From the IMG/VR virus record IMGVR_UViG_3300045988_151125: a stretch of DNA of 35,690 nt; one strand, 5' to 3'. The translations under genes and the position numbers were made by a program. Numbering within the stretch: position 1 is the first letter of the stretch; the number at the start of each line of letters is the position of its first letter. This stretch comes from a virus. The notes below the pieces were generated by a model that was given only the letters and a program-made list of their open reading frames with translations, made no database searches and was not told the origin of the DNA. This document shows, one piece after another, positions 26,361 through 35,384 of this stretch.

Positions 26361-27224
26361 TTGAAAGTTGTTTGCAGAAACAGCGCCACCGGGCGCGCTA
26401 TTACGTTTGACTATGGCGACGTTGTTTTTTTACAGGACGTCGAGGACATCGGCGCAGCCGACTACACAAACGAAACCAGTAAAAACACCGGCGTCAATGG
26501 CGTGACGGTCGAGGGCGAGAGCCAAGACGAACGCCACCCCATAATCCGGGCGGCCGTTATGTCAAACTATGACGTCATACGCGACCAGCTGGACGCGGTG
26601 TTCCAAAAGGGCGTTGACGGCACGCTTATGGTGTACCGAGACGACGGCAGCTGCCGCGTGGCAACCTACCGCCCGGAGGGGTGGGAGCTGCCGCCGACCG
26701 GCATCGTGCGCGACCTGACCGTAAAGCTGTTATGTGCGGATCCGCTGTTCTACGACCCGGAAGAAGAGTTCACGACTATGGCGGCGTGGCGCAGCCTGTT
26801 CAAATTCCCGCTGACGTTCCACAGCCCGTTCAAAATTTCCGAACACGTCGCAAATTTGCTTGCGACCATCGTCAACCCCAGCAGCGCCGCGCAAGCGCTG
26901 CGTATTGTGTTCACGGCGACCGGCGAGGTCGAAAACCCCTACTTGACCGACGTCAAGCGGCAGAAAACGCTCAAAATCGGCACGGACGGCAAGCCGTTTG
27001 ATATGCACAACGGCGATAAAATCGTTGTAACGACCAGCCGGAACAATATGCACATTATGTTGACGCGCGGCGGCATCGAGACAGAAATCACCAACCGGGC
27101 GGCATGGCCCGTCCGCTGGTTACAGCTGCAACCGGGCGAAAACCTGTACCGATACGGCGCAGCGACCGGCGAACAATCCCTGCAGGTGCAAATCTGGCAC
27201 CGACAGAGTTATGGGGGTGCATGA
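26361..27224 (+). CDS. Distal tail protein (Dit-like)
   Basis: Position after the tape measure gene. TTG start with RBS GAGGTGG. Confidence 0.7.
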   Translation: MKVVCRNSATGRAITFDYGDVVFLQDVEDIGAADYTNETSKNTGVNGVTVEGESQDERHPIIRAAVMSNYDVIRDQLDAVFQKGVDGTLMVYRDDGSCRVATYRPEGWELPPTGIVRDLTVKLLCADPLFYDPEEEFTTMAAWRSLFKFPLTFHSPFKISEHVANLLATIVNPSSAAQALRIVFTATGEVENPYLTDVKRQKTLKIGTDGKPFDMHNGDKIVVTTSRNNMHIMLTRGGIETEITNRAAWPVRWLQLQPGENLYRYGAATGEQSLQVQIWHRQSYGGA

Positions 27225-28294
27225 TGGCGGAAAATCCTATTTTGTCGTTTTTTGCCCCCGACTTGACGCTGGTTTTCGATTTGGGCAAATACACAAGCCT
27301 GCGCTGGCGGGCGAAGTATTTCGAGCCGGGCGAATTTGAACTGCACACCAGCCCGGATTATTTCGGGCTGGTGAAGTATGGGCAAATCGTTTTGCGCGAC
27401 GACCGAAAGGACGGCGCGGTGGTCGAGGGCATTCAAGTGCAGACCGGCGACCTTGTTATTACAGGGCGCTTTCTGGCGGCAAAGCTCGCAGACGCGGGCG
27501 TCCGTGACGTCTACAATCTCAACTGCACCATCGAAGCAGCAATGCGCAAGATGGTGGCGGAACAGTACGGACGGACACAGCGCACGCTATCCATCAAGCT
27601 GCCGCAGGCGGGCGGATACACCCCCACCATACAGGTGCAAATCAGCCGGAAAAACTTGTTGACAGTAACCGAGGCGCTGGCGCGGGCTGGCGGTCTGGGC
27701 TACCGGGTGTTCGCCGATGTGGACGCCCGCTGTTTATATTTCGAGGTGTACAACGGCGTTGACCGCACCGTCCGGCAGGAAGAAAACAACCGCGTTGTTT
27801 TCTCTGACGGCGTGGACGATGACGGCTATAACAACGTGGACGACCCGAAATACACCGAAAATTACACCAACGCCAAAAATTACGCCCTTGTTTATGGCGA
27901 GGGCGAGGGCGACGCCCGCGTTTGCGTGGAAGTGGACGAAACCAACGGCGCAGACCGGCGCGAACTGCTGGTTGACGCCCGCGACCTGCAACAGGGCGAC
28001 CAGAGCGCGGCAGAATACCGCGCAGCGCTCACCCAGCGGGGGCGGGATAAGCTGAAAGAAAACCAGCCCACCGCCGCCCTTGAAACCGGCATAAAATCGA
28101 CCTCACAATTTGCCTATATGATGGATTGGCAACTGGGCGACATTGTGACCGGGCAAATTACCGCGTGGGGCATGGAGACCGACCAGCGTATCACAGAGGT
28201 GGAAGAAGTCTACGAGAGCAACGCCTTGACCGTAACGCCTACGCTGGGCACGCCCGCCCCCGAAGCCTATAATCTGGAGGATACGATAGCATGA
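27221..28294 (+). CDS. Tail-associated/baseplate protein (Sipho_Gp37-like)
   Basis: ATGA overlap with the upstream gene. The upstream ORF-track extension is rejected. Confidence 0.7.
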   Translation: MMAENPILSFFAPDLTLVFDLGKYTSLRWRAKYFEPGEFELHTSPDYFGLVKYGQIVLRDDRKDGAVVEGIQVQTGDLVITGRFLAAKLADAGVRDVYNLNCTIEAAMRKMVAEQYGRTQRTLSIKLPQAGGYTPTIQVQISRKNLLTVTEALARAGGLGYRVFADVDARCLYFEVYNGVDRTVRQEENNRVVFSDGVDDDGYNNVDDPKYTENYTNAKNYALVYGEGEGDARVCVEVDETNGADRRELLVDARDLQQGDQSAAEYRAALTQRGRDKLKENQPTAALETGIKSTSQFAYMMDWQLGDIVTGQITAWGMETDQRITEVEEVYESNALTVTPTLGTPAPEAYNLEDTIA

Positions 28295-29373
28295 GCGACA
28301 CAGCAGAACAAGCTATGCCCACAAAAAGCAACGCGGCAGAAAGCAGCGGCTTTCTTGACGGGCAGGAATACACAGCCGCTTTTTTGTATGAGTTCGTCGC
28401 CCTGCTGGTCGGCAACGGCGTCTATAATGGCGAGCTGACGACGACCGCAACCAGCGGCGACATGAGTATTACACACGGCGCGGGTCATGCGTGGATTAAC
28501 GGCGTACTGTACAAAAACAGCACGCCGTTTTCGCTGCCCATCAACACGGCAGACGGCAGCCTGAACCGATACGACAGCCTTATGGTGCGGCTTGATTTGT
28601 CGAGTAATGAGGCTTACGCAGTCGTTGTGCAGGGCGAATATGCCGCAACCCCGACCGCCCCGGCGGTCACGCGCAACGCAGAAACCTACGACCTGAAAAT
28701 CTGCGATATTTACGTCCCGGCGGGCTGCACTGAAATCACGCAAGCGCAAATTACCGACACCCGGCTGGATCCCGACGTCTGCGGCGTGCCGGTGTTCCCG
28801 GTCGAGCATCTCGACACAGAAGAATTTTATAAACAGGTGCTTGCCGATCTCGCGGAATTTAAGGCAGGCAGTGAAGCGGATTTCACGGAGTGGGTCAAGC
28901 TGACGAAACAGCAGACTGACGCCACGCTGAAAAATCTGGTCGATACCGTTAAATCCGACGCCGACACCGCCGACAAGACAGTCAAGGACGCCGCGACCGA
29001 CGCAACGGACAAAATCAGGGACTATCTTGCAGAGCTGCGCACCCTCATCGACGGTGACACCGTGGGGCTGCTGACAGACAAAATCGACACCGCGCGCGGG
29101 CTTATCGACAAGCTGACCGCAGCGGTCGAGGCTGGCGAAATCCACGCAAACACAGCGGGCACAGCGGATTTTGCACTTAGTGCAAAATCTGGGAATGTGG
29201 GCACGCTGCTGGGCGCTGCCGATGGGCAAGACCTGCAAGCGGTGCTTGCTGATTTCGTCCGTAACATTGAGGCAGGCAAGGTCGTCACGGCGGTAACGAC
29301 GCCGGGCGGCGAAGCCTACACCGCAGCAGACGGCACAGCCTACACAGCAACCCAGAAAATCAATTTTTTATAA
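28291..29373 (+). CDS. Tail fibre/baseplate upper protein with a C-terminal coiled-coil
   Basis: Position and ATGA overlap with the upstream gene. Confidence 0.65.
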   Translation: MSDTAEQAMPTKSNAAESSGFLDGQEYTAAFLYEFVALLVGNGVYNGELTTTATSGDMSITHGAGHAWINGVLYKNSTPFSLPINTADGSLNRYDSLMVRLDLSSNEAYAVVVQGEYAATPTAPAVTRNAETYDLKICDIYVPAGCTEITQAQITDTRLDPDVCGVPVFPVEHLDTEEFYKQVLADLAEFKAGSEADFTEWVKLTKQQTDATLKNLVDTVKSDADTADKTVKDAATDATDKIRDYLAELRTLIDGDTVGLLTDKIDTARGLIDKLTAAVEAGEIHANTAGTADFALSAKSGNVGTLLGAADGQDLQAVLADFVRNIEAGKVVTAVTTPGGEAYTAADGTAYTATQKINFL

Positions 29374-29387
29374 CGGAGGTTTGAAAA

Positions 29388-30251
29388 ATGCTTTTGAACA
29401 ACTTACCCGGCGCGGCTGCGGTGGCATCTGCGCATAAAATCGTTGTTACGACCGACGACGGCGACAAGACCATCACCGCCGAACAGCTGCGGGCGTGGGC
29501 AGAAAACGAAGCCGCCCACCCATACAACTACGGCAAGGAAATTGCCCTGACGTGGGATGAAATCAGCGCCAAGACGAAAAAAGGCGACTTTTCCGGGCTG
29601 CGTATCGGCGACTATAAAACCATTACGCTGACGACTGGCGAAGTCGTCATTATGGAGATTGCAGGCATTGACCCGTATTTCGGCAGCGGCGATCAGGAAG
29701 CCGGGCATCACATTTTGTGGGTGTCTCGCGACTGCCTTGCCACTACATACCAGATGCGCAGCAGCAACACCAACAACGGCACGAGCGCAGAACCTAACCC
29801 CTACCGCGCGTCCGCGCTGTTCAGCACCCTGCAAAACACAATTTTCCCCACCGTTCCGGCAGAAATCCGTGCCCACGTCATCGAAATGCGCGGCTTGCTG
29901 GAAAAGCGGTACAGCGGCAGCGGAACATTGAACAATAGCAACGACTGGTCGTGGTACAGCCGCGGAAAAGCCATTTTGCTGACGCCGATCGAGGTTTTCG
30001 GCACGGCGGGCTGGGGCGAAAGCGGATGGAGCAACGGCGGCGGCGTCAACGTACATCTGCCGCTGTTTGCCGGTTCGTCGAAACACTTCATCAAGCGCAA
30101 GGGCAACGGCGGAGAGCGCGTCAACTGGTGGCTTGCTGCGGCTTCTGCCGGAAACAGCACTAACTTCTGTCTTGTCAGCCGCTACGGCGACAGCGACAAT
30201 AGCGGCGCGAGCCATTCGTTCGGCGTGCCCCTGAGCTTTTTCACATCTTGA
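29388..30251 (+). CDS. DGR target protein (variable receptor-binding candidate, C-terminal VR)
   Basis: The last ~45 codons form the variable repeat. The C-terminus NWWLAAASAGNSTNFC(x)...FGVPL fits the style of CLec-fold DGR targets. Confidence 0.85.
   Translation: MLLNNLPGAAAVASAHKIVVTTDDGDKTITAEQLRAWAENEAAHPYNYGKEIALTWDEISAKTKKGDFSGLRIGDYKTITLTTGEVVIMEIAGIDPYFGSGDQEAGHHILWVSRDCLATTYQMRSSNTNNGTSAEPNPYRASALFSTLQNTIFPTVPAEIRAHVIEMRGLLEKRYSGSGTLNNSNDWSWYSRGKAILLTPIEVFGTAGWGESGWSNGGGVNVHLPLFAGSSKHFIKRKGNGGERVNWWLAAASAGNSTNFCLVSRYGDSDNSGASHSFGVPLSFFTS
30116..30239 (+). repeat. DGR variable repeat (VR)
   Basis: A 124-bp match to 30776-30899. All 13 mismatches are at TR adenines. Confidence 0.9.
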
Positions 30252-30314
30252 ATCTGCGCCGCCCATCTCGCCGCTTTATGCGGCGGAATGAGGGCGGCGA
30301 AAGGAAGTTAAAAA

Positions 30315-30752
30315 ATGAGCGTACCAAAACGCAACCGCAAGCCCAGCCGCATGGAATTTCTGGTTTTATGCGACGAAATCCGCGCGGATACCACCCGCGT
30401 GTTGATGAATCGCAGACTTGTGGAGCCGAAATGGAAATATACCGTTGCGGTTCCGGGCATTCAGATGGCGCAACAAATTTGCTGGTACATCAAGGCAGCG
30501 AACTACATTTTCCCCAAAGATGAAACAGCCCTCGCCACCCGCCGAGAACTGCAATATAAAGCGCTGGGCGCTTGCGCGGGGCTTGCCGACCATTTCCGCT
30601 ATTGCCTCGAAACCCTGTGCGAAACCGACCTGAACGGCAGCCCGAAAAACCTTGTTGAAAGATTCGGGAAAATTTGCGAGAAGATCAACAAGCTGGTGGA
30701 CGTCCTGAAGGGTTGGCAGGCAAGCGACACGGTGCGCACGCCGAAAGAATGA
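30315..30752 (+). CDS. avd: DGR accessory variability determinant (Avd-like four-helix-bundle protein)
   Basis: 145 aa, basic, located between VR and TR as in the canonical target-avd-TR-RT order. Confidence 0.75.
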   Translation: MSVPKRNRKPSRMEFLVLCDEIRADTTRVLMNRRLVEPKWKYTVAVPGIQMAQQICWYIKAANYIFPKDETALATRRELQYKALGACAGLADHFRYCLETLCETDLNGSPKNLVERFGKICEKINKLVDVLKGWQASDTVRTPKE

Positions 30753-30775
30753 TCCTACGGGTTTTCCGCTGTTTC

Positions 30776-30899
30776 GCGCGTCAACTGGTGGCTTGCTGCG
30801 GCTTCTGCCGGAAACAGCACTAACTTCTGTAATGTCAACAACAACGGCAACAGCAACAATAACAACGCGAGCAATTCGTTCGGCGTGCCCCTGAGATTT
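30776..30899 (+). repeat. DGR template repeat (TR)
   Basis: Non-coding. Its A-rich core AATGTCAACAACAACGGCAACAGCAACAATAACAAC would read N-V-N-N-N-G-N-S-N-N-N-N in the VR frame. Confidence 0.9.
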
Positions 30900-31139
30900 G
30901 CGGTTCAGCCAGTATTACGAGTAGGGCGGAAACCGCCTAAAAGACAGAGCATACCGCAAAGGAGTGGGAGACCCTGCCGGAAACGGCTAAATAAGGCGCA
31001 GCCTGCTGAAAGGCTGCAAGTCCGATGCGGCAGGTCGGACGCTTCTTGCATGGCTGGCGGCGCGGCAACCGCCAGCTGCATGGCCTGCCGCCCAGTAGTC
31101 CAGATACCGCACCATATAAGACTATACGGAGCCACCAAA
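30900..31139 (+). ncRNA. TR-to-RT spacer, presumed part of the DGR template/priming RNA
   Basis: 240 nt between the TR and the RT start. The ORF track shows it as an N-terminal extension of the RT, but there is no RBS and no RT similarity there. Confidence 0.45.
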
Positions 31140-32321
31140 ATGACAAGCAAGGAAAGACACGACAGACGATACGAACGGAGGCAACAACATCGAAAACAAA
31201 AGCAGACCGCCGCCCTTGTAGCGGCAAACGATTTTGACCGGGTTATCAGCTATAAAAGCCTGTACGCAGCCGCCCGGAAATGCCGGAAAGGTGTCTACTG
31301 GAAGGACAGCGTGCGCCGGTTTTATGCGAATTTACTGCTAAATCTGGCAGAAATCCACACAAGGCTTGAAAAGGGGCAGAGCTGCCACCAAAAGACCAAC
31401 CATTTTGTGATATGTGAGCGTGGACACCTGCGAGCTATCACAAGTCATAGATTCGGCGAGCGCGTAGTGCAGACGGCAATCAACAGCGAAATGCTGGTGC
31501 CGATGCTTACGCGCTCGCTGATTTACGACAACGGCGCAAGCCAGACCGGGAAAGGCACAGACTTTGCAGCCGACCGGCTGGAAACTGCCCTGCACAGGTA
31601 CTACGACCACCACGGCAACAACCGGGGCGCAATCGCGCTGCTGGATTTCCACGACTTTTTCGGTAGTATCGTCAAGGCGGAAGCGCTGGGCGACGTCGCC
31701 GAGAAATGCACAGACGCCCGCCTTATGCGTCTGCTATGCCAAGAGGTCAAGCCGGGCGGCGACGTGGGCATAGGGCTGGGCAGCCCGCTGAATCAAACGC
31801 TTGCGGTCAACTACGTCAACCGCTGCGACCATCGGCTTGAAAACACGCCGGGGGTTGAGGCAGTGGGCGTCTACATGGACGACAGGTGGATACTGGCGGA
31901 AAGCCGGGAAGTTCTGCGGGCGGCACTGGCGGCGATAACGCCGGAGCTGAAAGCCAAGGGCTTGCAGCTGAACACAGCGAAAACCAAAATCGTGCCCATC
32001 AATAAGCCGTTTCGGTATTGCCAAACGCGCTATTTTCTGTCAGACAGCGGCGCAGTTGTGCGCTTGCCGATGGGCAGAAAAACGACCCGCTGGCGGCAGA
32101 AGATTAAAGCCATGCGGCGTCTATACGACGCCGGGAAGATACCGACCGGCGAAGATATTCGCGGCTCATACGTGAGCACGCGAGCAACCTACACACGGCG
32201 AAACGCGCGGCGGGTACTGCTGCACATGGACGGGCTGTTCACGCAGCTTTTTGTACTGCCGGGCATCGCGCGACCATTGGAGGAAGGCCAAAATGGAAAA
32301 TGCAAAAAATACCACCGTTGA
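31140..32321 (+). CDS. DGR reverse transcriptase
   Basis: YMDD catalytic motif (GVYMDDRWIL), GASQTGKGTDFA, LGSPLNQTLA (motif 4-like) and LNTAKTKIV. RBS ACGGAG lies 9 nt before the ATG. Confidence 0.85.
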   Translation: MTSKERHDRRYERRQQHRKQKQTAALVAANDFDRVISYKSLYAAARKCRKGVYWKDSVRRFYANLLLNLAEIHTRLEKGQSCHQKTNHFVICERGHLRAITSHRFGERVVQTAINSEMLVPMLTRSLIYDNGASQTGKGTDFAADRLETALHRYYDHHGNNRGAIALLDFHDFFGSIVKAEALGDVAEKCTDARLMRLLCQEVKPGGDVGIGLGSPLNQTLAVNYVNRCDHRLENTPGVEAVGVYMDDRWILAESREVLRAALAAITPELKAKGLQLNTAKTKIVPINKPFRYCQTRYFLSDSGAVVRLPMGRKTTRWRQKIKAMRRLYDAGKIPTGEDIRGSYVSTRATYTRRNARRVLLHMDGLFTQLFVLPGIARPLEEGQNGKCKKYHR

Positions 32322-32589
32322 AATGATGGCAGAAACCCCGCGCCAGAAATACGAAAAGCTGGTGCCTATGCTGATTGAAGGCGCGGGCTACACCAAAAAC
32401 GAAGAAAACAAGATCCAGCGCGAAGCATTCGCCGACTTTTTGGCGGGCAAGACCGACGGACCGGCGATCACCGCATTCAAGACCTACACGGCAGAGGTGG
32501 ACAAGCTGAAAGCTGCTGCCGCGAAAGAATGCGGCTACACCCCGGCAGACGTGGAGACCGTCGCCGAAACCGATGCAGCGCAGTCCTGA
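32293..32589 (+). CDS. Hypothetical protein
   Basis: ATG with RBS GGAGGAAGG. It overlaps the RT 3' end by 29 nt. Confidence 0.55.
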   Translation: MENAKNTTVEMMAETPRQKYEKLVPMLIEGAGYTKNEENKIQREAFADFLAGKTDGPAITAFKTYTAEVDKLKAAAAKECGYTPADVETVAETDAAQS

Positions 32590-32773
32590 ACTGCGTCGCG
32601 CCGCCGACCTGCTGGAAGATGCGGCGGCACTGACTGACGCGCAGCATGAAGCCCTTGTGGAAGCGGGGCTGGCTGACGGCACGGAAGCAGCTTATAAAGA
32701 GTTTACGGCAAAATACGCGGCACTGGTGGCGGACACAGACGAAAGCCAACCGACAGAAATGTGCCGCGAATAA
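32573..32773 (+). CDS. Hypothetical acidic protein
   Basis: 66-aa ORF with no clear RBS. Confidence 0.4.
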   Translation: MQRSPELRRAADLLEDAAALTDAQHEALVEAGLADGTEAAYKEFTAKYAALVADTDESQPTEMCRE

Positions 32774-32794
32774 CAACATACGAGGTAAAAAACT

Positions 32795-33664
32795 ATGTCT
32801 AAAATTTATGGCGCAGATTTTTCCCACCATCAGGGTACTGTTGATTGGGCGACCGTGGCGACGGAGCTGCGGCGCGTCAACGGCGGCACGTCGCCCGGCT
32901 TTGCCATTTTGCGCGCGGGCTATTCTGCCCGCCACGGCAAAGGCGGCTTGTGGACGGATGGGCAGTTCCTGCGCAATATCCGAGAGTGTGAGAAGTACGG
33001 CATCCCCATGGGCGTATATTTCTACTGTTACGACGAAAGCGCAGCAGCGGCAGAGATCACCGCCGAACAGGTTGCCGCCCTGCTGAAAGGTCACAAGTTC
33101 GCATACCCCATTTATTACGATGTGGAATACGAGCCGTTTAACACCGGCAAGGACGGCAGCGGGCGCACCTGCGCACAGGTCAAGGCAACCAACACCGCGA
33201 TGATTTCGGCGGCACTGTCGAAGCTGGAAAAGCTGGGCTACTACGCCGCCGTTTACTGTTCGCGCGACTTCTTCCTGAATTACACAAACCTGTCCGCGCT
33301 GTCGAGCTTCGACAAGTGGGAAGCTGCCTACACCGCCACCGACACCAACGCCGTGCAGAACGGTTTGTGGCAGTATTCCAGCACGAACGCGCTGGGCATC
33401 AAGGGCTTTGGAAACAAGCTGGACTGCGACGTCTGTTACCGCGACTACCCCGGCATTATGCAGGCGGCAGGGCTGAACGGCTACACGAAAACCAGCGGCA
33501 GCAACGCCGACAACGCGAACGATACTGACGACGATAGCACGACGCTGACCCAGCAGATCATCACGGTGGGCCCGGTAAGCAACGGCGACGCTGTGCAGTT
33601 CTACAAGCTGGCGCAGCAACTCGAATTGACCGCGCGCGGCCTGTACTGCGCAAAGTATGTGTAA
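32795..33664 (+). CDS. Endolysin, GH25 muramidase with a C-terminal domain
   Basis: YGADFSHHQGTVDW...GVYFYCY...YYDVEY GH25 pattern. Confidence 0.85.
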   Translation: MSKIYGADFSHHQGTVDWATVATELRRVNGGTSPGFAILRAGYSARHGKGGLWTDGQFLRNIRECEKYGIPMGVYFYCYDESAAAAEITAEQVAALLKGHKFAYPIYYDVEYEPFNTGKDGSGRTCAQVKATNTAMISAALSKLEKLGYYAAVYCSRDFFLNYTNLSALSSFDKWEAAYTATDTNAVQNGLWQYSSTNALGIKGFGNKLDCDVCYRDYPGIMQAAGLNGYTKTSGSNADNANDTDDDSTTLTQQIITVGPVSNGDAVQFYKLAQQLELTARGLYCAKYV

Positions 33665-33677
33665 CGGAGGACAGAAA

Positions 33678-34331
33678 ATGAATTTCAACGTTTTTCTCGC
33701 AAATTATATCGCAACCGCGAACAATCTGTTCGTTAAGCTGGCGGCGATTGCCGTCGTCATGGATACCGCGCTGGGCGCGTTGCGCGCGGCCAAATACCGC
33801 CGTTGGAACAGTTCGGTAGGCATTGACGGCGGCATTCGCAAGGTCGCCATGGTGCTGTCTATCCTGTTTTTGGTGGCGGTCGATATGCTGCTGCACGTCG
33901 ATGTGCTGTCGTTCGGATTCGTCAGCGAAGAGGTGCGCCAGGCGCTTGCCGCTGCAAACGTCACAAATCTGGGCATTGCGGAATTTTTCTGCCTTATGTA
34001 TATTTTGTATGAGTGTACCAGCATTTTGAAAAACGCTTTGCTGTGCGGTGTGCCCTGCCCGAAAGGACTGCAAAAGAAACTTGCCGAATGGCTGGCGCAG
34101 TTCACGGAGGAAACGAAAGAGGACGTCGTGGCAGCGGTCGGCGGGAAAGTCAAAACCCACCTCGCCACCTCGATGCTGGAAGAAATGGAAACCGACGAAC
34201 TGGAAAGCCTCGCCCTTGCAATGGGCTTGACCGTCAAAGACGGCACAGACCGTGCGGAACTTATCAAGATGATTGCCGCGACCGAGGTATACGTTGACCC
34301 CGATAACTGCACCGGCATTGCCGTGGCATAA
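33678..34331 (+). CDS. Holin (Phage_holin_4-like) with a long acidic C-terminal tail
   Basis: TM segments LAAIAVVMDTALGAL, VAMVLSILFLVAVDML and IAEFFCLMYILYECTSIL. RBS ACGGAGG. Confidence 0.7.
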   Translation: MNFNVFLANYIATANNLFVKLAAIAVVMDTALGALRAAKYRRWNSSVGIDGGIRKVAMVLSILFLVAVDMLLHVDVLSFGFVSEEVRQALAAANVTNLGIAEFFCLMYILYECTSILKNALLCGVPCPKGLQKKLAEWLAQFTEETKEDVVAAVGGKVKTHLATSMLEEMETDELESLALAMGLTVKDGTDRAELIKMIAATEVYVDPDNCTGIAVA

Positions 34332-34416
34332 CAAATAAAAGCCCCCACCGGTTTGCCCGGTGGGGGCTTTCTGTTTTACAGAGAAAAACAAAGTCTGCAA
34401 CTATCAGACCGATAGG
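34271..34416 (+). repeat. Direct repeat, left copy (holin 3' end, terminator, truncated trailer copy c)
   Basis: Imperfect match to 35394-35548. Homology ends at ..CCGATAGG. Confidence 0.8.
34341..34377. terminator. Terminator after the holin gene, probably bidirectional
   Basis: GCCCCCACCGG-TTTGC-CCGGTGGGGGC (11-bp stem), with AAAA upstream and TTTCTGTTTT downstream. Confidence 0.75.
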
Positions 34417-34437
34417 AAGCACGGAGATCACTGTTTT

Positions 34438-34908
34438 TTATTCTGCTTTTATAAAAAACACAATGCCGGAAGAGTAGTAGACCTGAAAGGAACCCTCGAC
34501 CGTTTCGGCCACGGTGTTGCCGCAATCGTAGTCGTAGATGTTGAATCTACCAGAAATCAACGTGAAGTAGTTGAAGGGCGCGGTGTCTATCTCGCCGCTG
34601 TTGTAGATGCAGAACGCGGAATCGCCGTCGCCTGCGCCGGTTGGAATCAGAACGGAGAAGGAATCATTTGCGATTTTGACCGCGCCCGCGTCGCTGACTG
34701 TATCGCGGCGGTTGCCGCTGGTAAGCTGCCACGGATCCGGCGTCGGTGGCGCGGCAAGTCGGTTGTCGGTGTAGGGTTCATCTTCGTCGATGAGCCAGTC
34801 ACGACCGACGCGGCGGGCTGTTTTGAAACCGCCGCGCAGTGCCTTTTGACGGACGGTGACGGGGCTGCGGTTGTGTCTGGCGGCGTATTCGGTAATTGTA
34901 ATTTCCAT
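34438..34908 (-). CDS. Excisionase/MerR-like HTH protein with an unassigned C-terminal domain
   Basis: ITITEYAARHNRSPVTVRQKALRGGFKTARRVGRDWLIDEDE matches the excisionase-family HTH pattern. RBS AAGGAGG. It is the second gene of a tight operon. Confidence 0.65.
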   Translation of the reverse strand: MEITITEYAARHNRSPVTVRQKALRGGFKTARRVGRDWLIDEDEPYTDNRLAAPPTPDPWQLTSGNRRDTVSDAGAVKIANDSFSVLIPTGAGDGDSAFCIYNSGEIDTAPFNYFTLISGRFNIYDYDCGNTVAETVEGSFQVYYSSGIVFFIKAE

Positions 34909-34922
34909 GGGAGCCTCCTTAA

Positions 34923-35258
34923 TTAAAGCTCGATGTTGACGTCCACGGTGATTTCTACGCCTACCGGGTTGCCGGCCTTTACAAAGGCAGAGCTGGCGGA
35001 ACGGGGCAGAATGTGGATGCTAAGGAGCGTTATGGTCTCATCGGACTGAATCAGTTCGCCGTCCTCGTCAAGCTCATCCTCTCGGTTGTAGTCGACGTAG
35101 TACTCCCAGCGACACAGGGCGTCGTCCTGACCAGTGACCCACTGCTTGCCGTTGTCCATGGCGGCGTTGGAAATTGCCTCGCGGATTTCATCGATAACAT
35201 CGTTGCTGTTGACGGAAGTGTTGGTGGCGGCGTAGATGGCATTAGAAATGGTGGTCAT
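34923..35258 (-). CDS. Small acidic protein of unknown function
   Basis: 111 aa with a strong RBS AGGAGG, driven by a consensus promoter. Contains an acidic stretch REDELDEDGELIQSDE. Confidence 0.6.
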   Translation of the reverse strand: MTTISNAIYAATNTSVNSNDVIDEIREAISNAAMDNGKQWVTGQDDALCRWEYYVDYNREDELDEDGELIQSDETITLLSIHILPRSASSAFVKAGNPVGVEITVDVNIEL

Positions 35259-35306
35259 TTTATTTTCCTCCTGTTATGTGGGTTGCTTATCTCTTTCTGT
35301 GTCTAT

Positions 35307-35335
35307 ATTATACATCGCTAGCGATGTAATGTCAA
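35307..35335 (-). promoter_or_regulatory. Consensus sigma-70-type promoter with an embedded 16-bp perfect palindrome
   Basis: On the minus strand: TTGACA (35330-35335), a 17-nt spacer and TATAAT (35307-35312). The palindrome ACATCGCTAGCGATGT occupies 35312-35327. Confidence 0.7.
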
Positions 35336-35384
35336 GGCTTTTTGCAAAGATTCTTTAGAACTTCCTGCAAAAATTGGCGTAAAG

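Noticed and set aside
30885-31139. N-terminal 85 codons of the 478-aa ORF that contains the reverse transcriptase.
   Set aside because: The segment starts inside the TR, has no RBS and no RT similarity. RT-like sequence begins after the ATG at 31140, which has an ACGGAG RBS.
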